DNA of 64,000 bases from Tepidisphaera sp. (GCA_050916045.1 CP051526.1:2592001-2656000); one strand, 5' to 3'. Positions 10,347-20,276 are shown, numbered from the stretch's first letter. Translations and numbers: made by a program. The notes: generated from the sequence alone by a model not told the origin.

Positions 10347-12068
10347 ATGCCCACCCTCGTCTGCGTCCCGATCACGGTGCACGACCCCGACCGCGCTCTC
10401 GCCCTCGCCGCCGAAGCACGCGCCGCCGGTGCCGACATCGTCGAGTTCCGCATCGATGAGCTCTTCTCCGGCGACCTCGAAGCACCCGCCGGCGGCCCGC
10501 ACCCCGCCGTCCTCGCCATCGACCGACTCGCCGCCGAAAGCCCGCTCCCCTGCATCGTCACCTGCCGCTCCGCCAGCGAGGGCGGCGCCTACGACGGCGA
10601 CGACACCGACCGCGTCTCCCTCTACGAACGCCTCGGCACCCGCGACCCCGGCCGCGCCCCGACCTACCTCGACATCGAGCTCGCCGCCTACACCCGCTCC
10701 GCCAACCTCAAGCAGAAGATCAACCTCGCCGTCCGCCACGAAGCCCAGCTCCGCGAGGTCGGCCCCGCTCTCATCCTCTCCGCCCACGACTTCCAGACCC
10801 GACCCGCAGACCTCACGCGCCGCGTGCTCGCCATGCAAGCCGAGCCCGCGTGCGCCATCGCCAAGATCGCGTTCAAAGCACGCTCCCTCCGCGACAACCT
10901 CGAGCTCTTCGAACTCCTCGAACACCGCACCAAACCCATGATCGCCCTCGCGATGGGCGAGTTCGGCCTCCTCTCGCGCCTCCTCGCGCCCAAGTTCGGC
11001 GGCTTCCTCACCTTCGCCGCCCTCCGCCCCGCCGAGGTCACCGCGCCCGGCCAGCCGACCGTGAGCGACCTCTTGAGCCTCTACCGCTTCCGCGCGATCA
11101 ACGCCGCGACCAAGGTCTACGGCATCATCGGCTGGCCCGTCTCACACTCCAAGAGCCCGCACGTCCACAACGCTGCGTTCTCCGCGACAAACCACAACGG
11201 CGTCTACGTCCCGCTCCCCATCCCCACGCCCGACGGCGCCCACTCTCCCGACGATGCCTATCTCGTCTTCAAAGCCACACTCCTGGACCTCATCCACGAC
11301 CCGCGCCTCTCCTTCTCCGGCGCAAGCGTCACTATCCCGCACAAAGAGCACCTCCTCCGCCTCGCCCGCGAACAAAGCTGGGCCATCGACCCCGTCGCGA
11401 GCGCCGTCGGCGCCGCCAACACGCTCACCATCACGCGCACCGCATCCAACGCGTTCGCCTCCGCTTCCATCAGCAACACCGACGTTCCCGGCCTCGTGGA
11501 CCCGCTCCGCGAAGCCTTCCCGTCGCTCAAAGGCTTGCGAGCCGCCATCCTCGGAGCCGGCGGTGCCGCCCGCGCCGCCGCGTACGGCCTTCTCCGCGAT
11601 GGTGCCCACGTCACCATCCACAACCGCGACCTCGCCAAAGCCCGCGCCGTCGCCGACGACCTCGCCCCTCACATCGCAAACGGCATGCCAACGCCCACCG
11701 TGGCCTCGCTGGAAGCCATCGACCCCGCCGCTTTCGACCTCTGCATCAACTGCACCCCCGTCGGTATGAAGTCCGGCCCCGCGCCCGACCAGTCACCCAT
11801 TCCGGTCAGCCGGTTCATCCCCCAAACTGCCACTCAGACCACAAGCCAGAACCGACAAGCCCAACCGCTCGTACTGGATACGGTGTACACGCCCGCTCAA
11901 ACACCGCTCCTCCAAGCCGCTCAGCACGCCGGCTGGCGAACCATCGACGGCGTCCACATGTTCGTCCGGCAAGCCACGCTTCAGTTCCACACCTGGACGG
12001 GCCAGCTTCCTCCGCCCGGACTCTTCGATCGTCTGGTCCGGGGTTCGCACGAAGAACGGGTTCCGTAG
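10347..12068 (+). CDS. aroDE: Bifunctional type I 3-dehydroquinate dehydratase / shikimate dehydrogenase
   Basis: VEFRID, ILSAHDF, AMGEFG (DHQase I); SHSKSP, SVTIPHK, GAANT, NTD, GAGGAAR, NCTPVGM (SDH). Confidence 0.93.
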   Translation: MPTLVCVPITVHDPDRALALAAEARAAGADIVEFRIDELFSGDLEAPAGGPHPAVLAIDRLAAESPLPCIVTCRSASEGGAYDGDDTDRVSLYERLGTRDPGRAPTYLDIELAAYTRSANLKQKINLAVRHEAQLREVGPALILSAHDFQTRPADLTRRVLAMQAEPACAIAKIAFKARSLRDNLELFELLEHRTKPMIALAMGEFGLLSRLLAPKFGGFLTFAALRPAEVTAPGQPTVSDLLSLYRFRAINAATKVYGIIGWPVSHSKSPHVHNAAFSATNHNGVYVPLPIPTPDGAHSPDDAYLVFKATLLDLIHDPRLSFSGASVTIPHKEHLLRLAREQSWAIDPVASAVGAANTLTITRTASNAFASASISNTDVPGLVDPLREAFPSLKGLRAAILGAGGAARAAAYGLLRDGAHVTIHNRDLAKARAVADDLAPHIANGMPTPTVASLEAIDPAAFDLCINCTPVGMKSGPAPDQSPIPVSRFIPQTATQTTSQNRQAQPLVLDTVYTPAQTPLLQAAQHAGWRTIDGVHMFVRQATLQFHTWTGQLPPPGLFDRLVRGSHEERVP

Positions 12069-12077
12069 GAGCACATC

Positions 12078-12401
12078 ATGCTCGACAAACCAGTCCTCTA
12101 CCCCCACTACTACCGCTGGGTGATCCTCTTCGCGTCCCTCGACGTCATCCTCACGTGGATCATCCTGACCCGCGGCGGCGCTGAGCTCAACATCATCGCC
12201 AAGCAGGTCATCGACTCCGCCGGCCTCCCCGGCATGCTCGCCTACAAGTTCTTCCTCATCATTCTCGTGCTCGTCATCTGTGAGCACATCGGCCGCATCC
12301 GCTTCCACACCGGCCGCGGCGTCGCCCTCACCGCCATCGCCCTCAACATCTTCCCCGTCCTCGTCGGCGGCACCCAACTCGCCCGCCACGCGATGCACTA
12401 A
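12078..12401 (+). CDS. Small membrane protein (DUF5658-like)
   Basis: LDVILT..IL..GG.ELN motif, three TM helices, GGAG RBS. Confidence 0.7.
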   Translation: MLDKPVLYPHYYRWVILFASLDVILTWIILTRGGAELNIIAKQVIDSAGLPGMLAYKFFLIILVLVICEHIGRIRFHTGRGVALTAIALNIFPVLVGGTQLARHAMH

Positions 12402-12464
12402 CCCCCTTCTCCCCGTGCTTCACGGGGAGAAGGTGCCGCGCCAGCGGCGGATGAGGGGTCTTCG
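12402..12464. repeat. REP-like palindromic element, copy 2
   Basis: CCTTCTCCCCGTG-CTT-CACGGGGAGAAGG then TGCCGCGCCAGCGGCGGATGAGGGG. Confidence 0.7.
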
Positions 12465-12510
12465 AGGACCACGATGCCCAAGAAAAAGTTGTCCGATGCC
12501 TTCCGCCGGC

Positions 12511-12540
12511 CCAAGTGCCTAGTGCCAAGTGCCAAGTGCC
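12511..12540. repeat. Heptamer tandem repeat (CCAAGTG)x4
   Basis: CCAAGTG CCTAGTG CCAAGTG CCAAGTG; two related units at 693-706. Confidence 0.8.
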
Positions 12541-12545
12541 TTCCC

Positions 12546-14165
12546 TCAGCACCCCACCTCAAACGCTTCCACAAACCCCATGTAGTCAAAGAAGTCCGTG
12601 AACCCGTCTTGGTTGAAATCCCCGACATTAAACCGCCCGCACGCTTCCCCGCTCTCAAAGCACGCCAGAAACGCGTCGTAGTCGAAGAAATCCACAAACC
12701 CGTCCTCGTTGATGTCCGGCGGACACACATCAAGCCGCGCCGACACCACGAACACGCGCCGCACGCCGCCCGCGGCGCGCATCCGCACCCAGAACGCAAT
12801 CGAGCCATCCCTCGCCATCCGTGTGGTCCCGCTCGAAGCATCTGTCCCGATCGACACTTCGTCCGTGCCGCGGACATCGCTGACTCCCACATCCTCGACG
12901 ACCCCAAACGACCCAAGCACGCCGGGCAGCGGAGTCGGATCGCCGGCCGAAGCAACCAGCGCCACAGCCCCGCTTCTCTCGACCAAGCCGATCCCCTGCC
13001 CGTTCGTCCATGCGCCCCGTCCGCCCGAGGTGAACCAGACATTCGCCGCGAGCCCGTTCGGAACGCCGACGTTTCGCGAGCTCCCGAGCCGCGGATCACC
13101 GGAGATCGCGATCGGACGAAGCTCCCCGTTCTCATACTCGAAAAGACCGGGAAAGAACGCCTGCGGAGACTCGTTCGTGGCGCCCCGCACCGACAGGTAA
13201 ATCCGGCCGTCCGCCGTCGCGAAGGGAATCGGCTGGACCGCGAACCCATCGGGGCCGTACCCCGGCAGAGGGATCAGCGGGGAAGCGATCTCGCGCCCGC
13301 GGCCGTCCGGAAAGACCATCCAAGCCGCTCCCGGCTGCCACATGAGGGCGGTTTCGTCCTCCAGAACACCGCAGATCCGCGATCCGGAACTGATCGGTGT
13401 CGGCACCCCGGGAATCGACTCACCCTGAAAGCTCGTCGCGCGGAGTTGGCCGTTGATGTAGAGCCCCCTGATCCATCGAAAGGGTGGAGCAGTGACGCCC
13501 TTGATCATGATGGCGCTTTCCCCGCCGAAGCTCGCATCCTCAAGGATGGAAAACAACGATCCCTGCGGTGCAAGCCCGCCAATCTCCATCCTGTTCAGAT
13601 CGAGCGGCAAGAACTCACCACCCAGCATCCCGACCTGAAGCACGCCCCCACCGCTCCAGAGCAGGCACGCTCCGTCTCCACGAATCTTCGAGACGATGCG
13701 GTTCTCCGCGAACTCCGGCTGACGCGGGCGGCCCACGATCCAAGCTTCACCGCCCGCTTGCCCCGGCGCTAGCGGAGAATACCTCACTCGAAAAGCGGAT
13801 CGCCTGTCGCGAAGCTCCACCACCCGTGATCCATATCCCAACCCGTCAGGCTGCAACGCAAACCGAAAGTCGGCATCAGGCAGCCCGGAAACTCTCGTCC
13901 CCGCCGCCAGGATCTCCGCCGCCCCGTCATCGTCGATCGAATAAAGCGCCCCCCCGTCCCAAACGACCTCCCCGGACGCGAACTGAAGCATCATCCGCGG
14001 GTTGCCTTGGGTCCAGCCAGGATCAATCGCCGGCCAAGGCCCGCTCGATGTGCCCACCTCGGCAAGCACCCGATAGTCGACCCGAGGCGAAGTCTGCCCG
14101 ATCGCCGTCGAGATGAACCCTGAGACCACCGCCGCCACAAGAAGACGCGAGCTTTCCAAGATCAC
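12546..14165 (-). CDS. Secreted beta-rich repeat protein with GC-type dockerin-like tail
   Basis: Signal-like N-terminus after GGAGG; tail CPPDINEDGFVDFFDY...GDFNQDGFTDFFDY...FEVGC; start approximate. Confidence 0.78.
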   Translation of the reverse strand: MILESSRLLVAAVVSGFISTAIGQTSPRVDYRVLAEVGTSSGPWPAIDPGWTQGNPRMMLQFASGEVVWDGGALYSIDDDGAAEILAAGTRVSGLPDADFRFALQPDGLGYGSRVVELRDRRSAFRVRYSPLAPGQAGGEAWIVGRPRQPEFAENRIVSKIRGDGACLLWSGGGVLQVGMLGGEFLPLDLNRMEIGGLAPQGSLFSILEDASFGGESAIMIKGVTAPPFRWIRGLYINGQLRATSFQGESIPGVPTPISSGSRICGVLEDETALMWQPGAAWMVFPDGRGREIASPLIPLPGYGPDGFAVQPIPFATADGRIYLSVRGATNESPQAFFPGLFEYENGELRPIAISGDPRLGSSRNVGVPNGLAANVWFTSGGRGAWTNGQGIGLVERSGAVALVASAGDPTPLPGVLGSFGVVEDVGVSDVRGTDEVSIGTDASSGTTRMARDGSIAFWVRMRAAGGVRRVFVVSARLDVCPPDINEDGFVDFFDYDAFLACFESGEACGRFNVGDFNQDGFTDFFDYMGFVEAFEVGC

Positions 14166-14268
14166 ACCTCCAACGCCCGACTCCCCGACTCCCCAAACAC
14201 CGCCGAAGGCTATGAACTGGTGCTTTCCCGGGCCGCATGCCAACGGCCGATTGCCCGGAGCCCTTCAC

Positions 14269-14331
14269 TCAGCACCCCACCTCAAACGCCTCCACGAACC
14301 CCATGTAATCAAAGAAGTCCGTGAACCCGTC
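14269..14331 (-). pseudogene. Orphan duplicate of the dockerin-like 3' end (DGFTDFFDYMGFVEAFEVGC*)
   Basis: 60/63 nt identical to 12546-12608, with no recognisable gene body upstream. Confidence 0.8.
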
Positions 14332-14514
14332 CAAGGGTTCCGCGTTCCGCACACCAGATCGCTTCGGAATCGAAGCTTCAGAGTGACCTGTGCCGGCCCC
14401 AGAGTTTCGCTCGAAACCGCTCCTCGGTTCCGCCTCGTTGGCCACCCCGCTCCCGACCGTTCGAGCGGGGGCCCTTCCCACGAGCGGGCCCGCGCGGCCT
14501 ACTCCACTGCCCCA

Positions 14515-15045
14515 CTACTCGCCAACCCCGCTCGTCCGCAGAAGCGTCTTGAAGCTCTCGCTGAACACGAAGTTCCATTCCGGGAAAGCCTGCCCCGCCA
14601 TGTTGTTGTCCAGATGGCTGAACATCAGGTCGATCGTCCCGATCTTCTCCACCTTGCCCGCTCCGCCCGTCGCCGCAGGCTCGATCAATTCCACCACGCC
14701 CTGCGTGCTCGCGCCCACCGCATCCAGATGCGTGATCGTCGCCGTATACCGAAGCGTGTGCCCCGGCCGCGCCTCGCGCGTCAGTTCCGCTTTCCCCACC
14801 TTCGCCAGAATCACCTTCTCGCGAAACTGCTCCGCGTGCCCGACCAGAATCCCCGCCGTCTGCGCCATCCCCTCCACGATCAAGCTCATCGGCATCACCG
14901 GCTGCGCCCGACGCTCGCCCCACGCCCCGCTCTTCGCCGCAAAGTGATCGTGCAGATGCTCTTCCGCCATCGAGACATGCTTGATCGCGACAAGCCGCTC
15001 CCGCGGCACAAGCTCCACCACACGATCAATCCACATCCATCGCAT
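14515..15045 (-). CDS. FabA/FabZ-like hotdog ACP dehydratase (divergent)
   Basis: MRWMWIDRV, EEHLHDHF, PVMPMSLIVEGMAQ. Confidence 0.85.
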   Translation of the reverse strand: MRWMWIDRVVELVPRERLVAIKHVSMAEEHLHDHFAAKSGAWGERRAQPVMPMSLIVEGMAQTAGILVGHAEQFREKVILAKVGKAELTREARPGHTLRYTATITHLDAVGASTQGVVELIEPAATGGAGKVEKIGTIDLMFSHLDNNMAGQAFPEWNFVFSESFKTLLRTSGVGE

Positions 15046-15088
15046 GAGCGTGCCTCAGCCCCTCAACCCAAACCCCACCGCCAGCTCT

Positions 15089-15472
15089 TTACTTCTGAAG
15101 CTTCCGCTCCACGTAATTCACAAGCGTCTCCACCGTGAACACCGAAGCCACCTTCTTCAACACCGGGTCCTTCTCCCATTCGGAGAAGTCCACGTGCGGC
15201 AGCTTGCCCTTCAGACCCGCGATCCCCGCCGGCGTCACGCGCCCATCCTTCACGAATTCCGCGTTCTGCGCCACACCCTCGGGGAAAAGCTCACCCTGCG
15301 GGATCGTGATCCCAAACGCCTGCTGAAGCTTGAACACGATGTCGAGAAAATCGATCGACTCCGCGCCAAGGTCCGTCGTCAGACGAGCCGAAAGCGTCAC
15401 CTCATCCTCATCCACCGCCAAGGCGTCCACAAGCAACTCTCTGACCTTCTCGAAAATCTCTTCGCGTGTCAT
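15089..15472 (-). CDS. Extended acyl carrier protein
   Basis: DLGAESIDFLD phosphopantetheinylation motif, FTVETLVNYV end, long internal insertion. Confidence 0.88.
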   Translation of the reverse strand: MTREEIFEKVRELLVDALAVDEDEVTLSARLTTDLGAESIDFLDIVFKLQQAFGITIPQGELFPEGVAQNAEFVKDGRVTPAGIAGLKGKLPHVDFSEWEKDPVLKKVASVFTVETLVNYVERKLQK

Positions 15473-15606
15473 CTCGGATTCCATGAAGCGCGGCAAGCCG
15501 TCCGCAAAGGTCGGACGCCGCACGCGTTCTGTGTTCGAACGGGTATGTTAGCCTACGCCCTACCCATTGTCCTCGACCAGAACGCAACGCCCTGCCAATC
15601 CAAGAC

Positions 15607-16014
15607 TTACAGCCGCGCCGGCCGCAGGGTGATCCGCCCGCTCGCCGCCACAGGGTGCTCAGCCCCCGCCGCGGCGGTCGGTTCCACCAGCAGCGCCTCC
15701 GCTTTGAACTCTTCCCCGCCCTCGGTCACCTTGAACCTCGTCACCTCAACCCGAAGCGTCGCTCCCGGCGGCACAAACCGCCCGTACTTGAGCCCCCGCA
15801 CCGCGCCAAGCACCAGCGGCGGGTCCGCCCGATCATCCGGATCCGCAAGCAGCCGCGCCGCCTGCACCATCGCTTCAAGCATCATCACGCCCGGAAGCAC
15901 CGGATACCCCGGAAAGTGATCCTGCAAATACTCCTCCGCGGAAGAGACATGCTTGATCGTCACGATCCGATCGTCCGACCGCTCCAGCACCGAATCCACA
16001 AGTGAAAAATGCAC
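15607..16014 (-). CDS. FabZ-like 3-hydroxyacyl-ACP dehydratase
   Basis: EEYLQDHFPGYPVLPGVMMLEAMVQ. Confidence 0.87.
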   Translation of the reverse strand: MHFSLVDSVLERSDDRIVTIKHVSSAEEYLQDHFPGYPVLPGVMMLEAMVQAARLLADPDDRADPPLVLGAVRGLKYGRFVPPGATLRVEVTRFKVTEGGEEFKAEALLVEPTAAAGAEHPVAASGRITLRPARL

Positions 16015-16040
16015 GCAAGAGCATAGGCCTTTCTCGTCTT

Positions 16041-16080
16041 CATTTGGCCATTTGAAAATTTGACCATTTGGCGATTTCGC
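16041..16080. repeat. Octamer tandem repeat (CATTTGGC-like)x5
   Basis: CATTTGGC CATTTGAA AATTTGAC CATTTGGC GATTTCGC between divergent genes. Confidence 0.75.
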
Positions 16081-16099
16081 AGCGTCCCTACGCTGCCCC

Positions 16100-16921
16100 G
16101 TGCCCGCCGCCGCCGACGACGCCATCTGCATCCGTCACTGGGACTGGTCCGAGACCAGCCAGACGGTGTCGCTGCTCACACGCGATCACGGCGTCCTCCG
16201 CGGCCTCGCCAAAGGCTCCAAACGCGAAAACGCCCGCTTCTCCGGCGGCATCGAGCTCCTCACCCGCGGCCAGATCCTCTTCATCGCCAAGCCCACCTCC
16301 GAGCTCGCCACCCTCACCGAGTGGGACCTCGCCGAGATCTTCCCCGGCCTCCGCCAGGTCCTCCGCCGCTTCTACGCCGCCATGTTCGTCGCCGACCTCC
16401 TCCAGCACTCCATCCGCGACCACGACCCGCATCCCAAAGCCTTCGACGCCACGCTTCTCTGCCTCCGCACCCTCGGCGCCGCCGACTCCGCCGCCACCAC
16501 CCCCAACACCAACGCGGATACCAACGCGGACATCAACGCGGACATCGACGAAGCCCTCGCCCGCTTCCAGTGGGCCCTCCTCACCGACACCGGCTACCGC
16601 CCCGAACTGAACAACGACGCCCGCTCGGGCATCCCCCTCGAGCCCCGCGACCGCTACCTCTTCGCCCCCCACCTCGGCGGCCTCCTCGCCGCCACGCCCG
16701 ACGCCTCCGTCCCCACCTGGCCCGTCCGAAGCGAGACCATCCGCTGCCTCCGTGAGCTCTCCGCCGACACGCCAGCCACCGCCCCGCAAAGTCCCGAAAC
16801 CTGGGAGCGGGCCGCCCGCCTCCTCGCCGCCTACTTCCGCGAGGTCCTCGGCCAGCCACTCGCTTCCATCCATCAGGTCTTCGCCGCCAGTTCCCTCCCC
16901 CGCGCCGCCCGATCCGGCTGA
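16100..16921 (+). CDS. recO: DNA repair protein RecO
   Basis: DWSETSQTVSLLTRDHGVLRGLAKG OB-fold start; GYRPEL. Confidence 0.88.
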   Translation: MPAAADDAICIRHWDWSETSQTVSLLTRDHGVLRGLAKGSKRENARFSGGIELLTRGQILFIAKPTSELATLTEWDLAEIFPGLRQVLRRFYAAMFVADLLQHSIRDHDPHPKAFDATLLCLRTLGAADSAATTPNTNADTNADINADIDEALARFQWALLTDTGYRPELNNDARSGIPLEPRDRYLFAPHLGGLLAATPDASVPTWPVRSETIRCLRELSADTPATAPQSPETWERAARLLAAYFREVLGQPLASIHQVFAASSLPRAARSG

Positions 16922-17025
16922 AGTAGCGCCCCCAACCGTCCGATGCTTTCCGAGAGCCGCGGACAGTTGGACCGCTGCGGCTCGCGGCGTACGCCGCGCT
17001 CGACAGGTCCGGAAAGACTCGGACG

Positions 17026-18474
17026 ATGAACAGCGAGATGCTGGAAGAGATCTTGGCGTGCCCGTCGCTCCCGACGCTGCCCGCGGTGGCCCTCAAGGTC
17101 ATCGAGCTCTGCTCCGACCAGAACGTCCGCTTCTCCGAACTCGCCAAGACCATCCAGAACGACCAGGGCCTCACCGTCAAGGTCCTCCGCACCGTCAACT
17201 CGTCCTTCTACAGCCTCCGCCAGCGCTGCGGCTCCATCGACAAAGCCCTCGTCATGCTCGGCCTCTCCCCCGTCAAAGCCCTCGTCCTGGGCTTCTCCCT
17301 CGTCTCCTCCATCGACTCCCGCAAGGACGACGGCTTCAACTACCAGGACTACTGGCGCCGCGGCCTCTTCACCGCCGTCGGCGGCAAATGCCTCGTCGAA
17401 GCCGCCGGCGCCAAGTACGGCGATGAGGTCTTCATCGCCGGCCTCCTCCAGGACATCGGCGTCATGGCTCTCTTCCGCGCCATGGGACGCGACTACGCCG
17501 CCGTCCTCGCGCAGACCCAGGGCGACCACCGCAAGCTCGTCAAAGCCGAGCTCACCGCCTTCGAGATCCAGCACCCCGACATCGGCGCCATGCTCGCCCA
17601 ACGCTGGAAGCTCCCCGACTCCCTCGTCATCCCCGTCAAATACCACGAGCGGCCCACCGCCGCTCCCGCACAGCACAACGAGATCGTCCACGGCGTCGGC
17701 TTGGGAAACCTCGTCCACGACGCCATCATGGACCCCGACTCCGACGCCCTCCGCAAGCTCTACGACAAAGCCGGACAGTGGCTCAACCTCACCACAGACA
17801 GAATCGACGCCGGACTCAAACGCGCGAAGGAAGCCACCCGCGAAATGGCCGACATGTTCAAGCTCGACATCGGTCTTGACGCCCTCGACGTCGCCCCCGA
17901 CACCGAAGCCCGCGCCGAAAAAGCCCTCGCCTCCGCCACCACCGCACCCGGCGACGGCCCCACGCCCTCCGTCGGCGTTGAGCTCATGCTCATCGACCCC
18001 ACCGACCTCGACCCCGCCACCGGCATCATGGGCCGCAAGGGCTTCGAATGGGCCCTCCGCCGCGCCTTCATGGTCTCCGCCGAACAGTCCGAGCCCGCAT
18101 CCCTCGTCCAGGTCATGATCGAGCCCGGCACCGCATTCGACGCCGTCCCCGAATTCGGCGCACGCCTCTGCACCCTCCTGAAGAAGCACTTCACCCCCAC
18201 CGGCGCCGCCATCTGCAAGCTCAGCGATCGCGTCTACTCCATCGTCGCCGTCATGGCTTCCGACCGCGAGATGGTCGCCCTCGCCGAAACTGTCCGTGCC
18301 TCCTTCGAAAAAGGCGACGCCAGGTGCTTCATGGGCGTCGTCCACTTCGGCGAAGGCGCTCCGCAGAAATTCACCGACCCCTCCGAGGTCGTCCGTGCCG
18401 CCATTGCCGCCGTCAACGCAGGACGCGCACCCGGCGGCAAAGGCCTCGCCATCGCCGGCACCAAAGCCGCCTGA
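17026..18474 (+). CDS. HDOD-domain signalling protein with degenerate GGDEF-like C-terminus
   Basis: LPTLPAVA, VNSSFY, GLLQDIG, WKLP, YHE; DPATGIMGR but no GGDEF motif. Confidence 0.85.
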   Translation: MNSEMLEEILACPSLPTLPAVALKVIELCSDQNVRFSELAKTIQNDQGLTVKVLRTVNSSFYSLRQRCGSIDKALVMLGLSPVKALVLGFSLVSSIDSRKDDGFNYQDYWRRGLFTAVGGKCLVEAAGAKYGDEVFIAGLLQDIGVMALFRAMGRDYAAVLAQTQGDHRKLVKAELTAFEIQHPDIGAMLAQRWKLPDSLVIPVKYHERPTAAPAQHNEIVHGVGLGNLVHDAIMDPDSDALRKLYDKAGQWLNLTTDRIDAGLKRAKEATREMADMFKLDIGLDALDVAPDTEARAEKALASATTAPGDGPTPSVGVELMLIDPTDLDPATGIMGRKGFEWALRRAFMVSAEQSEPASLVQVMIEPGTAFDAVPEFGARLCTLLKKHFTPTGAAICKLSDRVYSIVAVMASDREMVALAETVRASFEKGDARCFMGVVHFGEGAPQKFTDPSEVVRAAIAAVNAGRAPGGKGLAIAGTKAA

Positions 18475-18489
18475 ACGCCGCCGCTCCGG

Positions 18490-20226
18490 CTACGCCGGAA
18501 TGATCTCTCGCTTGCGAAGCTGCGCGATCACCTCGCGCTGCATCACATCCGCCGTGGCAAGCTCCTCCACCACCACGTGGTCCGCCCCAAGCTGCGTCGC
18601 CTGGAACATCCCCGACAAGAACGCCGTCCGCACCGCGATGAACGCCGTCGGATTCAGCTGCCGCACCTGACGGCACGCCCGAAGCGAAGTCTCCTCGTCC
18701 GGCACCGTCAGGATCACCGCCGCCGCGTGCGACACCCCCGCAGACTCAAGCACCTCCGCGTTCGTCACGTCCCCGAACACCATCCGACGCTTGCCGATCC
18801 GCGACTGACGCTCGATCGTGTGCGCGTTGAGCTCGATGATCGCAATCGACACCCCCGCCACCTCCAGCCGGTCCGCCACCGCACGCCCCACCGGACCAAA
18901 CCCCGCGATCACCACCTTGGCGTCCCCGCCCTCACCCTCCGCTCCCGCCTCGGGCTCGCGTAGCGCGCTCGTCCGGATCCACCACGCGAACGGAAGCTTC
19001 GCCAGCCGATGCGCCAACTTGTTCGCCGGTCCCACCAGCATCGGCGAGACAATCAGCGAAGCCACCACCACCGCGATCGTCAGCCCCGACTGATCATTCG
19101 TCAGAATCCCCAGCGCCACCGCCGTCTTGATCACCACCAGCGCAAACTCCCCCGCATTCCCCAGATAAATCGACGTCAGCAACGCCGACCGCGGCGAAAG
19201 CCCAAGCGCCCACCCCGTCAATCCGATGCTGAACACCTTCGCCGCCAGAAGCCCGACACACCCCAGCGCCACCACCGGCCACGCCCGCGCCAACACCTCC
19301 GGATCAACATTCAAGCCCACCGCCGTGAAAAACACCGCCATCAGGATGTCACGCACCGGCGCGAACTGCCCGACCAACTGATGCCGAAACGGCGTCGCCG
19401 CAAGCAGAAACCCCGCCAGAAACGACCCCATCTCCGCAGAAAAGCCCAGGAAGCTCGTCCCGATCGCCGCCGCCAACGCCACCGCCCCCGAAAACACAAG
19501 CATCAGCTCCGTCGATCCCGTCCTCGAGATCCACTTCAGCATCACCGGCAAAAGCAGCCGCGCCACCAGCATCAACGCCAGAATCCCCCCAACGCCCACA
19601 CCGGCTCGCGCAATCACCTCCGCCCACGCCGGAAGCGACTGAAGCCACTCCGCCTCAAGCACCGACGACCGCTCACCCTCGCCCGTCACCCGCCCCGGTG
19701 CCAGAAACGGAAGCACCGCCAGCATCACCACCGACGCCAGATCCTGAACGATCGACACGCCAAGCCCCACCCGAAAGTGCACCGACCGCGTCTCCCGACG
19801 CGCTCCCGCCACCCGAACCAACACCGCCGTCGACGAAAGCGACACCGCCATCGCGATCGCAAGCGAAGCCCCCGGACTCAGACCCCCCGCGATCAAAATC
19901 GGAAACGCGATCGCCGTCATCGCCGCCGTCGACGCCACGCCGATCCCCAGAATGTTCGCCATCCCCTTCCCAAGCGACCGCGTGTCAAGCTGAAGCCCAA
20001 TCGAGAACAAAAGCAGCACCACCGCCAGGTTCGAGATCTGCTCCACGCTCTCCGACGTCCCCACCCACCCAAACGCATGCGGACCCACCAGCGCACCCGC
20101 CACCAGGTACCCCGGAATCGCTTCAAGCTTCAGCCGCGCAAAAATCGTCGCCACCACCGACGCCACCAACAGAATCAGCATCAAGTCGATCGCGACCCCA
20201 CTCTGTCCCGAAGCCATAACAAGCAT
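18490..20226 (-). CDS. CPA2 (Kef-type) cation:proton antiporter with TrkA-N/RCK domain
   Basis: Multi-TM, SSTA, QDL, GEFA motifs; GFGPVG Rossmann fold. Confidence 0.9.
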   Translation of the reverse strand: MLVMASGQSGVAIDLMLILLVASVVATIFARLKLEAIPGYLVAGALVGPHAFGWVGTSESVEQISNLAVVLLLFSIGLQLDTRSLGKGMANILGIGVASTAAMTAIAFPILIAGGLSPGASLAIAMAVSLSSTAVLVRVAGARRETRSVHFRVGLGVSIVQDLASVVMLAVLPFLAPGRVTGEGERSSVLEAEWLQSLPAWAEVIARAGVGVGGILALMLVARLLLPVMLKWISRTGSTELMLVFSGAVALAAAIGTSFLGFSAEMGSFLAGFLLAATPFRHQLVGQFAPVRDILMAVFFTAVGLNVDPEVLARAWPVVALGCVGLLAAKVFSIGLTGWALGLSPRSALLTSIYLGNAGEFALVVIKTAVALGILTNDQSGLTIAVVVASLIVSPMLVGPANKLAHRLAKLPFAWWIRTSALREPEAGAEGEGGDAKVVIAGFGPVGRAVADRLEVAGVSIAIIELNAHTIERQSRIGKRRMVFGDVTNAEVLESAGVSHAAAVILTVPDEETSLRACRQVRQLNPTAFIAVRTAFLSGMFQATQLGADHVVVEELATADVMQREVIAQLRKREIIPA

Positions 20227-20276
20227 CGCCCATGATAGCTTGCCGCTTCAGTGGGACAGACCTCCGGTGAGCATCC

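Noticed and set aside
10347..12068. AroD-AroE fusion as a novelty
   Set aside because: Already known in Planctomycetota, Chlamydiae and plants
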